A stretch of 64,000 nucleotides of DNA from Alphaproteobacteria bacterium. Lineage in GTDB: Bacteria > Pseudomonadota > Alphaproteobacteria > SHVZ01. Location of the stretch: assembly GCA_016869375.1 (NCBI GenBank), contig VGEH01000003.1:1491-65490 (forward strand), given 5' to 3'. The position numbers and the translations under genes were made by a program. Each line of letters begins with the position of its first letter. Position 1 is the first letter of the stretch. The notes beneath the pieces were generated by a model. The model saw nothing but the letters and a program-made list of their open reading frames with translations, ran no database searches and had not been told where the DNA came from. Positions 1 to 11,276 of this stretch are shown here, piece by piece.

Positions 1-246
1 GCCGTCGGCGGAGAGCGTGAAGCTCTCGACCATCTGCGGCTGCGGGCGCTGCTCGCTGTCGGCGCCGAACAGAGTGTCCCAGACCATGTAGGCGTGCTGA
101 TGCGAGATCGACGACTGGTTAATCGTCGTGTCGAAGACCGAGAGCTTGGCCTGCGGGATGTAACGGAGAGTGGTCTGCGCCTCCGCTCCCGTTGCGACGA
201 GCGCCGCGGCGGCGACGCCCGCGAGAAGACTCCAACGACGTGACAT
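1..246 (-). CDS. ABC transporter substrate-binding protein, family 5 (peptide/nickel type); N-terminal 82 codons only, gene runs off the window edge
   Basis: Own translation from ATG at 246-244: MSRRWSLLAGVAAAALVATGAEAQTTLRYIPQAKLSVFDTTINQSSISHQHAYMVWDTLFGADSEQRPQPQMVESFTLSADG. It shows a Sec signal peptide plus a typical SBP family 5 N-terminus. Absent from the ORF track because no stop lies in the window. Confidence 0.7.
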   Translation of the reverse strand, partial: MSRRWSLLAGVAAAALVATGAEAQTTLRYIPQAKLSVFDTTINQSSISHQHAYMVWDTLFGADSEQRPQPQMVESFTLSADG

Positions 247-279
247 GACTGCCTCCTGATGTGGTTCTTCGAATAGGCG

Positions 280-1872
280 TTACGCGGCGGCGCGGACCAG
301 ATCCGACGCCTTCTCGCCGATCATGATGACCGGCGCATTGGTGTGTCCAGAGATCATGTTCGGCAGGATCGACGCGTCGGCGACGCGCAATCCCGCGAGC
401 CCATGCACCTTGAGGTCGGGGCCGACCACGGCATTCACGTCCGAAGCCGGTCCCATCTTGCAGGTGCCGGCGAGATGGCCGACGGAAGCGCCGGTCTCGC
501 GCGCATGGCGCAGCAGCTCCTCGTCGGAGTCGAGATGCGGCGCCGGCCAGATCTGCTCGCCGCGATAGGGATCAAGTTCAGGTGAGGCGACGATCTTGCG
601 CGCGAGGCGCAGCCCGTCGATCAGCACGCGGCGGTCGGTCTCGGTGGCGAGGTAGTTCGGCCGGATCGCGGGAGGCGCCTTCGGATCGGTCTCTTTGACG
701 TGGATCGAACCGCGGCTTTCGGGGCGGAGCTGGAAGGCGACGATCGACATGCCGGGCTCGCGTTCGAGCACGCCGACCTTGCCGGCATCGAAGGACCAGG
801 GCGTGATCGTGAGCTCGAGGTCGGGCAGGTCGAGTTCCGGCCGCGAGCGTACGAAAGCGCAGAGCTGGGCGGCGCAGATAGCGAGAAGGCCGCGGCGGAA
901 CAGCGCGTATTTCGCGACCTCCAGCATCAGGCGCGGCCCGCGCATGCGCTCGTTGAAGGTGACCTTCTGCGTCACGCGCCAGACCGAGCGCGCGAGATAG
1001 TGATCGTGCAGGTTCTCGCCGACGCCTGGCAGGTCGTGGACGACCTCGATGCCGAGCGACTTCAGGCGCTGAGCCTGGCCGATACCGGAAAGCTCGAGGA
1101 GCTGCGGCGAGCCGATCGCGCCGCCGGCGAGGATGACCTCGCGCGCGCGGACCTCGCGCGGCTGGCCCTGCACTTCATAGGCGAGGCCGACGCAGCGCTT
1201 CCCTTCGAACAGCAGGCGGCGCGCCTCGGCATAGGTCTCGACCGTCAGGTTCGGACGCGAGCGGACGGGGTTCAGATAGGATTTCGCGGTCGATTGCCGG
1301 AGGCCGTTCCGCGTGTTCATCTGGAAGTAGTTGATGCCGTCCTGCTTGGCGCCGTTGGGATCGGGGTTGTAGGGGATGCCGTTCCGCTCGGCGGCCTTGA
1401 TGAAGGTCTCGCAGAGCTCCCAGCGGTCGCGCGCGTAGCTGACGGCCATGGGGCCGTCGCCGCCGCGGAACTCGTTGCCGCCGCCCTCGAAGCGCTCCAT
1501 GCGCTTGAAGTAGGGCAGCACCTCGGCGAAGGACCAGCCGCGGTTCCCCATCTGCGCCCAGGAGTCGTAATCCTCGGCTTGGCCGCGGGTGAAGCCGAGC
1601 CCGTTGATCGCGCTCGAGCCGCCGAGGACCTTGCCGCGCGGGATGGTGAGGCTGCGGCCGCCGGTCGCTTCTTCCGGCTCGGTCTGGAACTGCCAGGAAT
1701 AGGTCGGATTGCGGAAGGTGCGCCCATAGCCGATCGGGATGTGCAACCAGGGATGACGGTCCTCCGGCCCGGCTTCGAGAAGGAGGACCTGCACGCAGGG
1801 ATCCTCCGAAAGGCGTGCCGCGAGCACGCACCCGGCCGAGCCAGCGCCGACGATGACATAGTCGAAGATCAT
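280..1872 (-). CDS. GMC-family FAD-dependent oxidoreductase (choline/alcohol dehydrogenase-like)
   Basis: 530 aa. N-terminal FAD fold DYVIVGAGSAGCVLAARLSEDP, GMC signature GGSSAINGL, C-terminal HLAGTCKMG...DASILP. Confidence 0.9.
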   Translation of the reverse strand: MIFDYVIVGAGSAGCVLAARLSEDPCVQVLLLEAGPEDRHPWLHIPIGYGRTFRNPTYSWQFQTEPEEATGGRSLTIPRGKVLGGSSAINGLGFTRGQAEDYDSWAQMGNRGWSFAEVLPYFKRMERFEGGGNEFRGGDGPMAVSYARDRWELCETFIKAAERNGIPYNPDPNGAKQDGINYFQMNTRNGLRQSTAKSYLNPVRSRPNLTVETYAEARRLLFEGKRCVGLAYEVQGQPREVRAREVILAGGAIGSPQLLELSGIGQAQRLKSLGIEVVHDLPGVGENLHDHYLARSVWRVTQKVTFNERMRGPRLMLEVAKYALFRRGLLAICAAQLCAFVRSRPELDLPDLELTITPWSFDAGKVGVLEREPGMSIVAFQLRPESRGSIHVKETDPKAPPAIRPNYLATETDRRVLIDGLRLARKIVASPELDPYRGEQIWPAPHLDSDEELLRHARETGASVGHLAGTCKMGPASDVNAVVGPDLKVHGLAGLRVADASILPNMISGHTNAPVIMIGEKASDLVRAAA

Positions 1873-1944
1873 GCTTGGCCGATGATGCGGGGTGCGGTGA
1901 TTCCGTCCAGCGCCATCGGATGGCGATGAAAGGGCGCCGGACGC

Positions 1945-2928
1945 CTAGAGCCAGCCCTTCAGCACCTCGTCCGGCGTCGTCTGCGGCAGCATGTTGATTT
2001 CCTCGCAGGCCCGTCCGTAGAGGCGCGGGATCGAGACCGTGCCGCCGGCGCCGAGATGGCTGATGCGCCAGTCGAGCCCATCCGGGCCCGGAGAGGGCGA
2101 CGGGCCGATCGGGTAGAGGATTTTTCCTTTGGCGGTCGAAAAGGCGAGGATCTCGCTGATGCCGCTGCGCGCGCTCAGGTGATAGCCGGCGAGATCGGCG
2201 AGAGGCAGGGTCTCGGCCAGCGGGCAGTCGAACGGGATCGCCCCCGGGATCGGTCCGTCGTCGGCGCCGGTGATCATGTCGAAGCCGCGCGCGGCGTTGC
2301 GCTGATTGACGGCGACCGTAAAGCCCTTTTCCGCGAGCAGCTGCACCAGCCTCGCCCACCATTCCTTCGGCATCCTTGCCGGAATGCTGTTGGCGACGGG
2401 GGCCAGGATCACCGTGCGACCGGGAACCAGGCCCAAGGCGCGGAAGCGTCGCTCCGCCTCGCCGCGAACGACGTCGGGGACGATCGGCGGCGCGGTCGCA
2501 GCGCTTCTCGGCAGGTGCAGCAGATGGCGCGTCAGGTCTGCCAGGCTGATGTCATGGTCGAGGCAGAAGTCGTAGAGGCGGCCTTCGCCATGAACCGCGT
2601 TCCACGGCACATAGGGCTGGCCGAGAGCGAAGCGCATATGCGGCCGGAAGGCCCAGACATTGACGCCATCGACCGAGATCAGGCCGTCGAAATAGCCGCG
2701 GTAGAGCTGGATCAGCGACTCCATGCGCGGATCGGCACAGATGGTGATCTTGCCCCCGTGGTGCTGTCGGAAGGCGGGAAGCAGGCTGAGCAGCAGGACC
2801 TGGTCGCCGATGCCGGCAGCCGGAAAGAGAAACCATGACTCCTCGACCGGATAGCCGAGGTTCTGGCGATGCATCTGGCAGATGTTCTGCCAGAGGCGGA
2901 GGTAGGGATCGTTCTTATTTGGTTCCAT
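1945..2928 (-). CDS. Hypothetical protein, glycosyltransferase family 9 (heptosyltransferase)-like fold
   Basis: 327 aa. GT9-like blocks: AAGIGDQVLLLSLLPAFRQ, GRTVILAPVANSIPARMPKEWWARLVQLLAEKGFTVAVN, LADLAGYHLSARSGISEILA. Family call is by eye only. Confidence 0.5.
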   Translation of the reverse strand: MEPNKNDPYLRLWQNICQMHRQNLGYPVEESWFLFPAAGIGDQVLLLSLLPAFRQHHGGKITICADPRMESLIQLYRGYFDGLISVDGVNVWAFRPHMRFALGQPYVPWNAVHGEGRLYDFCLDHDISLADLTRHLLHLPRSAATAPPIVPDVVRGEAERRFRALGLVPGRTVILAPVANSIPARMPKEWWARLVQLLAEKGFTVAVNQRNAARGFDMITGADDGPIPGAIPFDCPLAETLPLADLAGYHLSARSGISEILAFSTAKGKILYPIGPSPSPGPDGLDWRISHLGAGGTVSIPRLYGRACEEINMLPQTTPDEVLKGWL

Positions 2929-3045
2929 CGGAGCGCCGGATGGCCTTGCCCGGTTTCGTTGTTGAATATGCTTAACACGGCTTCAGTTTGGAGCCGCTGC
3001 GAAACCACGATTTCACCTAAAATTCAATAAAATCAAGGGCATCTC

Positions 3046-3060
3046 TTAACGTGGAATTAA
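3046..3060. promoter_or_regulatory. Full CtrA-type box TTAA-N7-TTAA
   Basis: TTAACGTGGAATTAA sits in the AT-rich divergent intergenic region between the GT9-like gene (start 2928) and the small ORF (start 3127). Confidence 0.4.
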
Positions 3061-3126
3061 GAACGAGGTAAATACTGTGATGCAGGTCACCGAGAGGTGG
3101 CTTCACTTTAGGGTGGACTGACAGCC

Positions 3127-3360
3127 ATGCGTTCGATCCAGCACGAAGGCGATCTGCACGCGGGGGATCGTTTCCGGCATGACCGGGATGATCGCGTGAC
3201 CGAGACCGCGACGGTGGTTGCAACGCGCGTCGATGCCTACGGCATCCCGCATGTGCGCTTCACCGTCACCTTCGCTCTCCCATCGGGGCGCGTCTCCGAG
3301 GCCGAGCGCTCGCTGTCGCTCGAGACCTTCTTCGGCCGCTACCGCGCCTCGGTGAATTAG
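3127..3360 (+). CDS. Small hypothetical protein (77 aa)
   Basis: ATG start. Third-codon positions are strongly G/C-biased, as in the surrounding real genes. No family recognised. Confidence 0.5.
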   Translation: MRSIQHEGDLHAGDRFRHDRDDRVTETATVVATRVDAYGIPHVRFTVTFALPSGRVSEAERSLSLETFFGRYRASVN

Positions 3361-3438
3361 CGAGCGGGCTTCGCCGCCTCGAAAGTCTGGCGCGACGGCG
3401 CGCGCGTCCGGCGTGTCTTCATCCAAGGGTGCAGGAAA

Positions 3439-3513
3439 TGGTGGGCGCGACAGGGATTGAACCTGTGACCCCTGCCGTGTGAAAGCAGTGCTCTCCCGCT
3501 GAGCTACGCGCCC
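3439..3513 (-). tRNA. tRNA-Val (anticodon CAC), CCA encoded
   Basis: The reverse complement folds by hand into a cloverleaf: GGGCGCG-TA-GCTC-AGCGGGA-GAGC-A-CTGCT-TTCACAC-GGCAG-GGGTC-ACAGG-TTCAATC-CCTGT-CGCGCCC-A-CCA. Anticodon loop is TT-CAC-AC. Confidence 0.95.
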
Positions 3514-3807
3514 GGACCCGAGGGGTTGGCGTCCGTATAGGGTGCCGGGGGCGCGGCCGTCAACATCGATGCCCGCAGCGCACGCCGGGCAGGTCGTAAT
3601 CCTAGAGCGCGAAATTTCCCGAACTACTTCAAGCCCAGGCCTCGCCAATTGCGTGAAGTCACGGACCTCACGGAGACGTGAGCGATGTAAATTTAAGAAG
3701 CGCTCTTAGGGTCCATTTTGTGTCGTGCCGGCATGATTGCCGGTCGATGCCATCCTGATCTGCCATCCGGGCGCCTTCGCGAGACGTGACTTGCTCCTGA
3801 CTGCCGT

Positions 3808-5757
3808 TTGCCTGTTACAGGCCCGACGCGGGTGACTGCAGTCGCGCCTGAACCGACGGCCGGATCCCGCTCCGCGGGCGCCGCAGCCTCCGACATCGCG
3901 CGCGAGGAGGTGCGCAGCTTTGCGATTATCGCCGCGATCTTCGTCGTGCTGCTGGTGATCTCGCTCGGCGCGAGCTGGGCTGCACTCGAGATCGTCAACG
4001 CGACCCGCGCTTACGCGACCGGCGAGGGCCGCTACTCGAAGGCGCAGAAGATCGCGGTGCTCGATCTCTATCGCTACGCCTATTCGCTCGACCCCGAGGA
4101 CTACGCGAACTTCATCCAGGCGACGGCCGTCCCGCGCGGCGATCGCATGGCGCGCATCGCGCTCGAATCCTCGCCGCCGGACATCGCGGTGGCGACCAAG
4201 GGCTTCCTCGAAGGCGAGAACCATGCCGACGACATCGCCGGCATCATCTTCCTCTTCCGCTGGTTTCGCTGGTGGCAGCCCTTCGCGGCGGCTGTCGAGG
4301 ACTGGCGTGAAGGCGACCGGCTGGTCGAGGAGCTGCTGGCGCAGGGGGAGCGCCTCAATCTCGCCGTCGCCCAGCGCCGGCTGGATTCGCAGATGCGCGC
4401 CGAGATGCTACAGGCGATCGATCGCATCGACCACCGGCTGACCGAGCTCGAAAACACCTTCTCGAGCCATATGGGCGAGGCGGCGCGCGGCGCCACGCAG
4501 CTCGTGCTGATCGGGCTCGGCGTCACCACCGTGATCCTGTGGGCGATCGGCATGGCCTTCGCCTCCCGCCTGCTGCGCCGGCAAATCGCGCTCGACCGTC
4601 AGCTCGGGTCGAGCGAGCAACGCTTTCGCGACTACGCCGATGTTGCCTCCGACTGGTACTGGGAGACCGATGCCGCGCATCGCGTCACCTATCTGTCGGA
4701 GCGCTTCTTCGCCGGCACCGGCATTCCGCGCGAGGCGGCGCTCGGCCACGCCGTCGAGGATTTCATCCGCGCTTACTCCGAGCGCGGCGAGAACCAGAGG
4801 TTTCTGGCCGCGATCGCCGAGAACCGCCCGTTCCGCGGCGTTCGCCTGCGCTCGGCCGCCGCCGATGGCGGCATCGTCTACTGGTCGCTCTCGGGCAAGC
4901 CGCATCACGATGCGACGGGTCGGTTCCTGGGCTATCGCGGTGCCGGGGCCGATATCTCCGCCACGTTGAAGGATGCGCTGATGCTGCGCGAGGCGAAGAC
5001 CCGCGCCGAGGAGGCCAACCGCGCCAAGTCGGAGTTCCTCGCCAATATGAGCCACGAGCTGCGGACGCCGCTCAACGCCATCCTGGGCTTCTCCGAGATG
5101 ATCGCCAACCGCGTGTTAGGGCGCGACGCCGTCGATCGCTACGCCACATATGCCAGCGACATCAACCAGTCGGGCCGGCACCTGCTCTCGATCATCGACG
5201 ACATCCTCGACCTCTCGAAGGTCGAAGCCGGCCATGCCGAGCTGATCGAAGCCGAGACGACGCTCGACGAGATCGTCGCGGCGACACGCACGCTGTTCGG
5301 TGATCGTTTCGAGCGCGCAGAGCTGCTGCTTCAGGTAGCCCTTCCGGCGCCGCCCATCCGCATCCTCGCCGACGAGCGGAAGCTGACCCAGGCGCTGGTC
5401 AACCTGCTGTCGAACGCCCTCAAATTCACCCCGCCGGGTGGGCGCGTGATGCTCGCCGCCGCCGTCGACGGCGGCGGCAGCTTGGCGATCTCGGTCAGCG
5501 ACACCGGCATCGGGATCGCGCCGGACCAGATCGAGGTCGCGCTCTCGCCCTTCGGGCAGATTGAATCGGCCTTCAGCCGGCAGCACCAGGGAACCGGCCT
5601 CGGCCTCTCGCTCGCCAAGTCGCTCATGGAGCTCCATGGCGGCTCGCTCTTCATCGACAGCACGCTGGGGGCCGGGACGATCGTCACCCTGATGCTGCCG
5701 GCGTCACGCGTGCTGCGGCGCGCGCCTGCCGGCACCGGGATGCCGGCCAACGATTAG
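3808..5757 (+). CDS. Membrane sensor histidine kinase (helical N-terminal sensor, PAS, HisKA, HATPase_c); no adjacent response regulator
   Basis: 649 aa. [22 protein letters not shown]-like [19 protein letters not shown]-box [19 protein letters not shown]-boxes DTGIGI / [12 protein letters not shown]. Start is uncertain (TTG at 3808 is simply the longest ORF). Confidence 0.9.
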   Translation: MPVTGPTRVTAVAPEPTAGSRSAGAAASDIAREEVRSFAIIAAIFVVLLVISLGASWAALEIVNATRAYATGEGRYSKAQKIAVLDLYRYAYSLDPEDYANFIQATAVPRGDRMARIALESSPPDIAVATKGFLEGENHADDIAGIIFLFRWFRWWQPFAAAVEDWREGDRLVEELLAQGERLNLAVAQRRLDSQMRAEMLQAIDRIDHRLTELENTFSSHMGEAARGATQLVLIGLGVTTVILWAIGMAFASRLLRRQIALDRQLGSSEQRFRDYADVASDWYWETDAAHRVTYLSERFFAGTGIPREAALGHAVEDFIRAYSERGENQRFLAAIAENRPFRGVRLRSAAADGGIVYWSLSGKPHHDATGRFLGYRGAGADISATLKDALMLREAKTRAEEANRAKSEFLANMSHELRTPLNAILGFSEMIANRVLGRDAVDRYATYASDINQSGRHLLSIIDDILDLSKVEAGHAELIEAETTLDEIVAATRTLFGDRFERAELLLQVALPAPPIRILADERKLTQALVNLLSNALKFTPPGGRVMLAAAVDGGGSLAISVSDTGIGIAPDQIEVALSPFGQIESAFSRQHQGTGLGLSLAKSLMELHGGSLFIDSTLGAGTIVTLMLPASRVLRRAPAGTGMPAND

Positions 5758-6431
5758 GAACGCGCCGAGGCGAGACGGCCGAGCACGGGAACGAGATCCT
5801 CGAAGCGCTCGATCGTCGCCGCCGAGGGCAGAGAAGCCAGCGGCGCCCGTGCATAGCCATAGGCGACCAACACGCAGGGCATCCCCGCCGCCGCCGCCGC
5901 GGCGGCGTCGTGCTCGTTGTCGCCGACCATGATCGCCTCGGCGGATGCGACTTCCAGCCGCTCGATCGCGGCACGCAGAGGTGCCGGGTCGGGCTTCTTG
6001 ACCGGCAAGGTGTCGCCGCCGATGACGGCGCCGAAGAAACCGTCGAGACCGAGCGCCTTCAAGACCGCATGGGTGACGCGATCGGCCTTGTTGGTGCAGA
6101 TGGCGAGATGCCGCCCCTCGTCCTTGAGGCGGGCCAGGGTCTCGGCCACGCCGCGATAGGGTCGGGTCAGCATCGCCGGTTCCGCTTCGTAGCAGTCGAG
6201 GAAGCGCCGGGTGGCGGCCCGGCACAGCTCGGGACTGGCGTCGCCGGTCGTGGCGAAGCCCCGCTCCACCAGCTTGGCCACGCCGTCACCTACGAAGTCG
6301 CGGACGCGTGCCTCGTCGACCGTGGAACGGCCATGCTCGGTGAGCACTTTATTGAGGAGCCGGGCCAGGTCCGGATTGCTGTCGATCAACGTGCCGTCCA
6401 GGTCGAACACCACGGCTTGCGGCCATCCCAT
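5754..6431 (-). CDS. gph: Phosphoglycolate phosphatase (HAD superfamily)
   Basis: 225 aa. HAD motif [25 protein letters not shown]. Its stop overlaps the kinase stop (TTAG, 5754-5757). Confidence 0.85.
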   Translation of the reverse strand: MGWPQAVVFDLDGTLIDSNPDLARLLNKVLTEHGRSTVDEARVRDFVGDGVAKLVERGFATTGDASPELCRAATRRFLDCYEAEPAMLTRPYRGVAETLARLKDEGRHLAICTNKADRVTHAVLKALGLDGFFGAVIGGDTLPVKKPDPAPLRAAIERLEVASAEAIMVGDNEHDAAAAAAAGMPCVLVAYGYARAPLASLPSAATIERFEDLVPVLGRLASARS

Positions 6432-6533
6432 GGCGACAGACCTTATACTTGGTTACAAAACGTGACTTCGTCCGAAGGGAGAGGCCATGGCAAAGATGCG
6501 CGGTAATTTTCCGAAAAGCCATCGATCCCCACG

Positions 6534-7892
6534 ATGACTGCCTCCAAATCGCTCGCCGTCGTGATCCTTGCGGCCGGCAAGGGCACCCGCATGAAATCCG
6601 AGCTGCCCAAGGTACTGCACCGGGTCGCCGGCCTTCCCATGGTCGCGCATGTGATGGAGTCGGTGAAGCCGCTGAGACCCGACCGCATCGTGGTGGTGAT
6701 CGGCCCGGACGGCGAGTCCGTCGCCAAGGCGGTGGCGCCGACGCCGACGGCGATCCAGCACGAGCGCCGCGGAACCGGCGATGCCGTGAAGGCGGCGCGC
6801 GCCCAGCTCAAAGGCTTCACCGGCGACGTGCTGATCATCTTCGGCGACTCCCTGTTTCTGGCGCCTGCGACGCTGAAGAAGATGATCAGGCGCCGGCGCA
6901 GCGGGAAGAAGCCGCCGGCGGTCGTCGTCATGGGCTTCCGCCCCGACGATCCCGCGCGCTACGGGCGTCTGGTCGTCGACCGCAACGGCCGCCTCGAGCG
7001 CATCGTCGAATGGGCGGAGGCGAACGAGGACGAGCGAAAGATCGGTCTCTGCAATTCCGGCGTCATGGTCGTCGACGGCAAGCGGCTGTTCCCCATGCTC
7101 GACCGCATCTCCAATAAGAACGCCAAGGGCGAGTTCTACCTGACCGACCTGGTCGAGATCGCGCAGGGCCTCGGCTACGAGGTGGCGGCGACCGAGGCTC
7201 CCGTCGACGGTTTCCACGGTATCGACAGCCGCGCCGATTTGGCCGCGGCCGAGGCGCTGATGCAGTCGCAGCTCCGCGTCCGCGCGATGGAAGAGGGCGT
7301 GACGCTGGTTGCGCCCGAGACGGTCTTCTTCGCTGCCGACACCAGGCTCGGGCGCGACGTGGTCGTGCACCCCCATGTGGTCTTCGGACCGGGCGTCGTC
7401 ATCGCCGACAACACCGAGATCCGCTCCTTTAGCCATCTCGAAGGAACGCAGATCGGCGAGGGCGCCGTCATCGGCCCCTTCGCGCGTCTTCGACCCGGAA
7501 CGCGCATCGGCGCCGCCGCTCATATCGGCAATTTCGTCGAGCTCAAGGCGACATCGATGGGCGCCGGTGCCAAGGCCAACCACCTCGCCTATATCGGCGA
7601 CGCCTCGGTCGGGGCCAAGGCTAACATCGGTGCCGGCACCATCACCTGCAACTATGACGGCATCAACAAACACCAGACCGAGATCGGTGCCGGCGCGTTC
7701 ACCGGATCGAACTCGACGCTGGTCGCCCCCGTCAGGCTGGGTGCCGGTGCCTATGTCACCGCGGGCAGCGTGATCACCGAAAACGTCGAGTCCGACGCGA
7801 TGGCTTTCGGTCGTTCCCGCCAGGTCGCCAAGCCCGGCCGCGCCCGGACCTTCCGCGCCGAGCGCATCGCCGAAAAGAAATCGAAGGCTTAG
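6534..7892 (+). CDS. glmU: Bifunctional UDP-N-acetylglucosamine diphosphorylase / glucosamine-1-phosphate N-acetyltransferase
   Basis: 452 aa. LAAGKGTRMKS pyrophosphorylase motif plus C-terminal hexapeptide-repeat (LbH) domain. Followed 4 nt later by glmS. Confidence 0.95.
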   Translation: MTASKSLAVVILAAGKGTRMKSELPKVLHRVAGLPMVAHVMESVKPLRPDRIVVVIGPDGESVAKAVAPTPTAIQHERRGTGDAVKAARAQLKGFTGDVLIIFGDSLFLAPATLKKMIRRRRSGKKPPAVVVMGFRPDDPARYGRLVVDRNGRLERIVEWAEANEDERKIGLCNSGVMVVDGKRLFPMLDRISNKNAKGEFYLTDLVEIAQGLGYEVAATEAPVDGFHGIDSRADLAAAEALMQSQLRVRAMEEGVTLVAPETVFFAADTRLGRDVVVHPHVVFGPGVVIADNTEIRSFSHLEGTQIGEGAVIGPFARLRPGTRIGAAAHIGNFVELKATSMGAGAKANHLAYIGDASVGAKANIGAGTITCNYDGINKHQTEIGAGAFTGSNSTLVAPVRLGAGAYVTAGSVITENVESDAMAFGRSRQVAKPGRARTFRAERIAEKKSKA

Positions 7893-7896
7893 AGTC

Positions 7897-9720
<1,824 letters not shown>

Positions 9721-9800
9721 CGATCTCCCTGGCGGCGGCGCGGTTGACCGCTCCGCCTGTCGGGCGTCAAATGCGGGCTTCCTCCCATCGGAGTCCTGCA

Positions 9801-11276
9801 ATGCAAGCCAAAGCTCCGGCACCGGCGCTGAAGGATGCCAAGCTGCTGCGCGATCAGGCCTATGTGGACGGCGCCTGGCGCAAGGCCGACTCGGGCAAGA
9901 CCTTCCCGGTCACCAACCCCGCCACGGGCCAGACCATCGCCGAGGTCGCCGATCTCGGTGTCAAGGAGACGCGCGCGGCGATCGAGGCCGCGAAAGCATC
10001 CTGGGGAGGTTGGCGCAAGAAGACCGCGAAGGAGCGCGCTAACACGCTCCGGCGCTGGTTCGACCTGATCGTCCAGAACCAGGACGATCTCGGCGTGCTG
10101 ATGACCTCGGAGCAGGGAAAGCCCCTGGCCGAGGCCAAGGGCGAGGCGGTCTATGCCGCCTCCTTCGTCGAGTGGTTCGCCGAGGAGGCCAAGCGCGTCT
10201 ATGGCGACACCATCCCGCAGCACGGCCCCGACAAGCGCCTTGTCGTGATCAAGGAGCCGATCGGCGTCGTCGCCGCGATCACGCCCTGGAACTTTCCCGC
10301 GGCGATGATCACGCGCAAGGTGGCGCCGGCGCTCGCCGCCGGCTGCCCCGTCGTGGTCAAGCCGGCCGAACAGACGCCGCTGACCGCGCTGGCCCTCGCC
10401 GAGCTTGCTGAGCGCGCCGGCTTCCCCAAGGGCGTGTTCAACGTCGTCACCACCAACCAGGCGCCTGAGGTGGGGCAGGAGCTCACGACTAACCCGATCG
10501 TGCGCAAGGTCGGATTCACCGGCTCGACCGAGATCGGCAAGCTGCTGATGAAGCAGGCCTCATCGACGGTGAAGAAGATCTCGCTCGAGCTCGGCGGCAA
10601 TGCGCCCTTCCTCGTCTTCGACGATGCCGATCTCGACGCCGCGGTCGCCGGCGCGATGGCGTCGAAGTATCGCAATACTGGCCAGACCTGCGTCTGCGCC
10701 AACCGCATCCTGGTGCAGGACGGCGTCTACGACGCCTTCTCGAAGAAGCTCGCGGAGACCGCGTCCAAGCTGAAGGTCGCGAACGGCCTCGATGCCGGCG
10801 CGCAGCAGGGGCCGCTGATCGATGCGAATGCGCTGAAGAAGGTCGAGGAGCATGTCGCCGATGCGCTCGCCAAAGGCGCCAAGGTCCTGACCGGCGGCAA
10901 GCGCCATGAGCTCGGCGGCACCTTCTTCCAGCCGACGGTGCTGACCGAGGTGACGCCGCAGATGAAGCTGGCGCGCGAGGAAACCTTCGGCCCGGTGGCG
11001 CCGCTCTTCCGCTTCCGCACCGAGGAGGACGCGATCCGGCTGGCCAACGACACCGAGTTCGGTCTCGCCGCCTATTTCTATAGCCGCGACATCGGCCGGG
11101 TGTGGCGCGTCGCCGAGGCGCTGGAGTACGGCATCGTCGGCATCAACGAGGGCCTGATCTCGACCGAGGTCGCGCCCTTCGGCGGCATGAAGGAATCCGG
11201 CATCGGCCGCGAAGGCTCGAAATACGGGATCGAGGAGTTCGTCGAGATCAAGTACCTCTGCATGGGCGGGATCTGA
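9801..11276 (+). CDS. gabD: NAD(P)-dependent succinate-semialdehyde dehydrogenase
   Basis: The ORF is open from 9744, but ATG 9801 follows GGAG and matches GabD N-termini (LKDAKLLRDQAYVDGAW). Motifs EQGKPLAEAKGE..YAASF.EWFAEE, ELGGNAP, catalytic GQTCVCANR. Confidence 0.9.
   Translation: MQAKAPAPALKDAKLLRDQAYVDGAWRKADSGKTFPVTNPATGQTIAEVADLGVKETRAAIEAAKASWGGWRKKTAKERANTLRRWFDLIVQNQDDLGVLMTSEQGKPLAEAKGEAVYAASFVEWFAEEAKRVYGDTIPQHGPDKRLVVIKEPIGVVAAITPWNFPAAMITRKVAPALAAGCPVVVKPAEQTPLTALALAELAERAGFPKGVFNVVTTNQAPEVGQELTTNPIVRKVGFTGSTEIGKLLMKQASSTVKKISLELGGNAPFLVFDDADLDAAVAGAMASKYRNTGQTCVCANRILVQDGVYDAFSKKLAETASKLKVANGLDAGAQQGPLIDANALKKVEEHVADALAKGAKVLTGGKRHELGGTFFQPTVLTEVTPQMKLAREETFGPVAPLFRFRTEEDAIRLANDTEFGLAAYFYSRDIGRVWRVAEALEYGIVGINEGLISTEVAPFGGMKESGIGREGSKYGIEEFVEIKYLCMGGI

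Noticed and set aside
1945-3513. Genomic island integrated at tRNA-Val (AT-rich spacer, orphan GT9-like gene and small ORF next to the tRNA 3' end).
   Set aside because: There is no integrase or other mobility gene. I could not find a direct repeat of the tRNA 3' end to the left. The neighbouring genes have normal high-GC codon bias.
7893-7896. glmS ribozyme or other leader upstream of glmS.
   Set aside because: Only 4 nt separate glmU and glmS, so there is no room for a structured leader. The ribozyme is also a Gram-positive feature.
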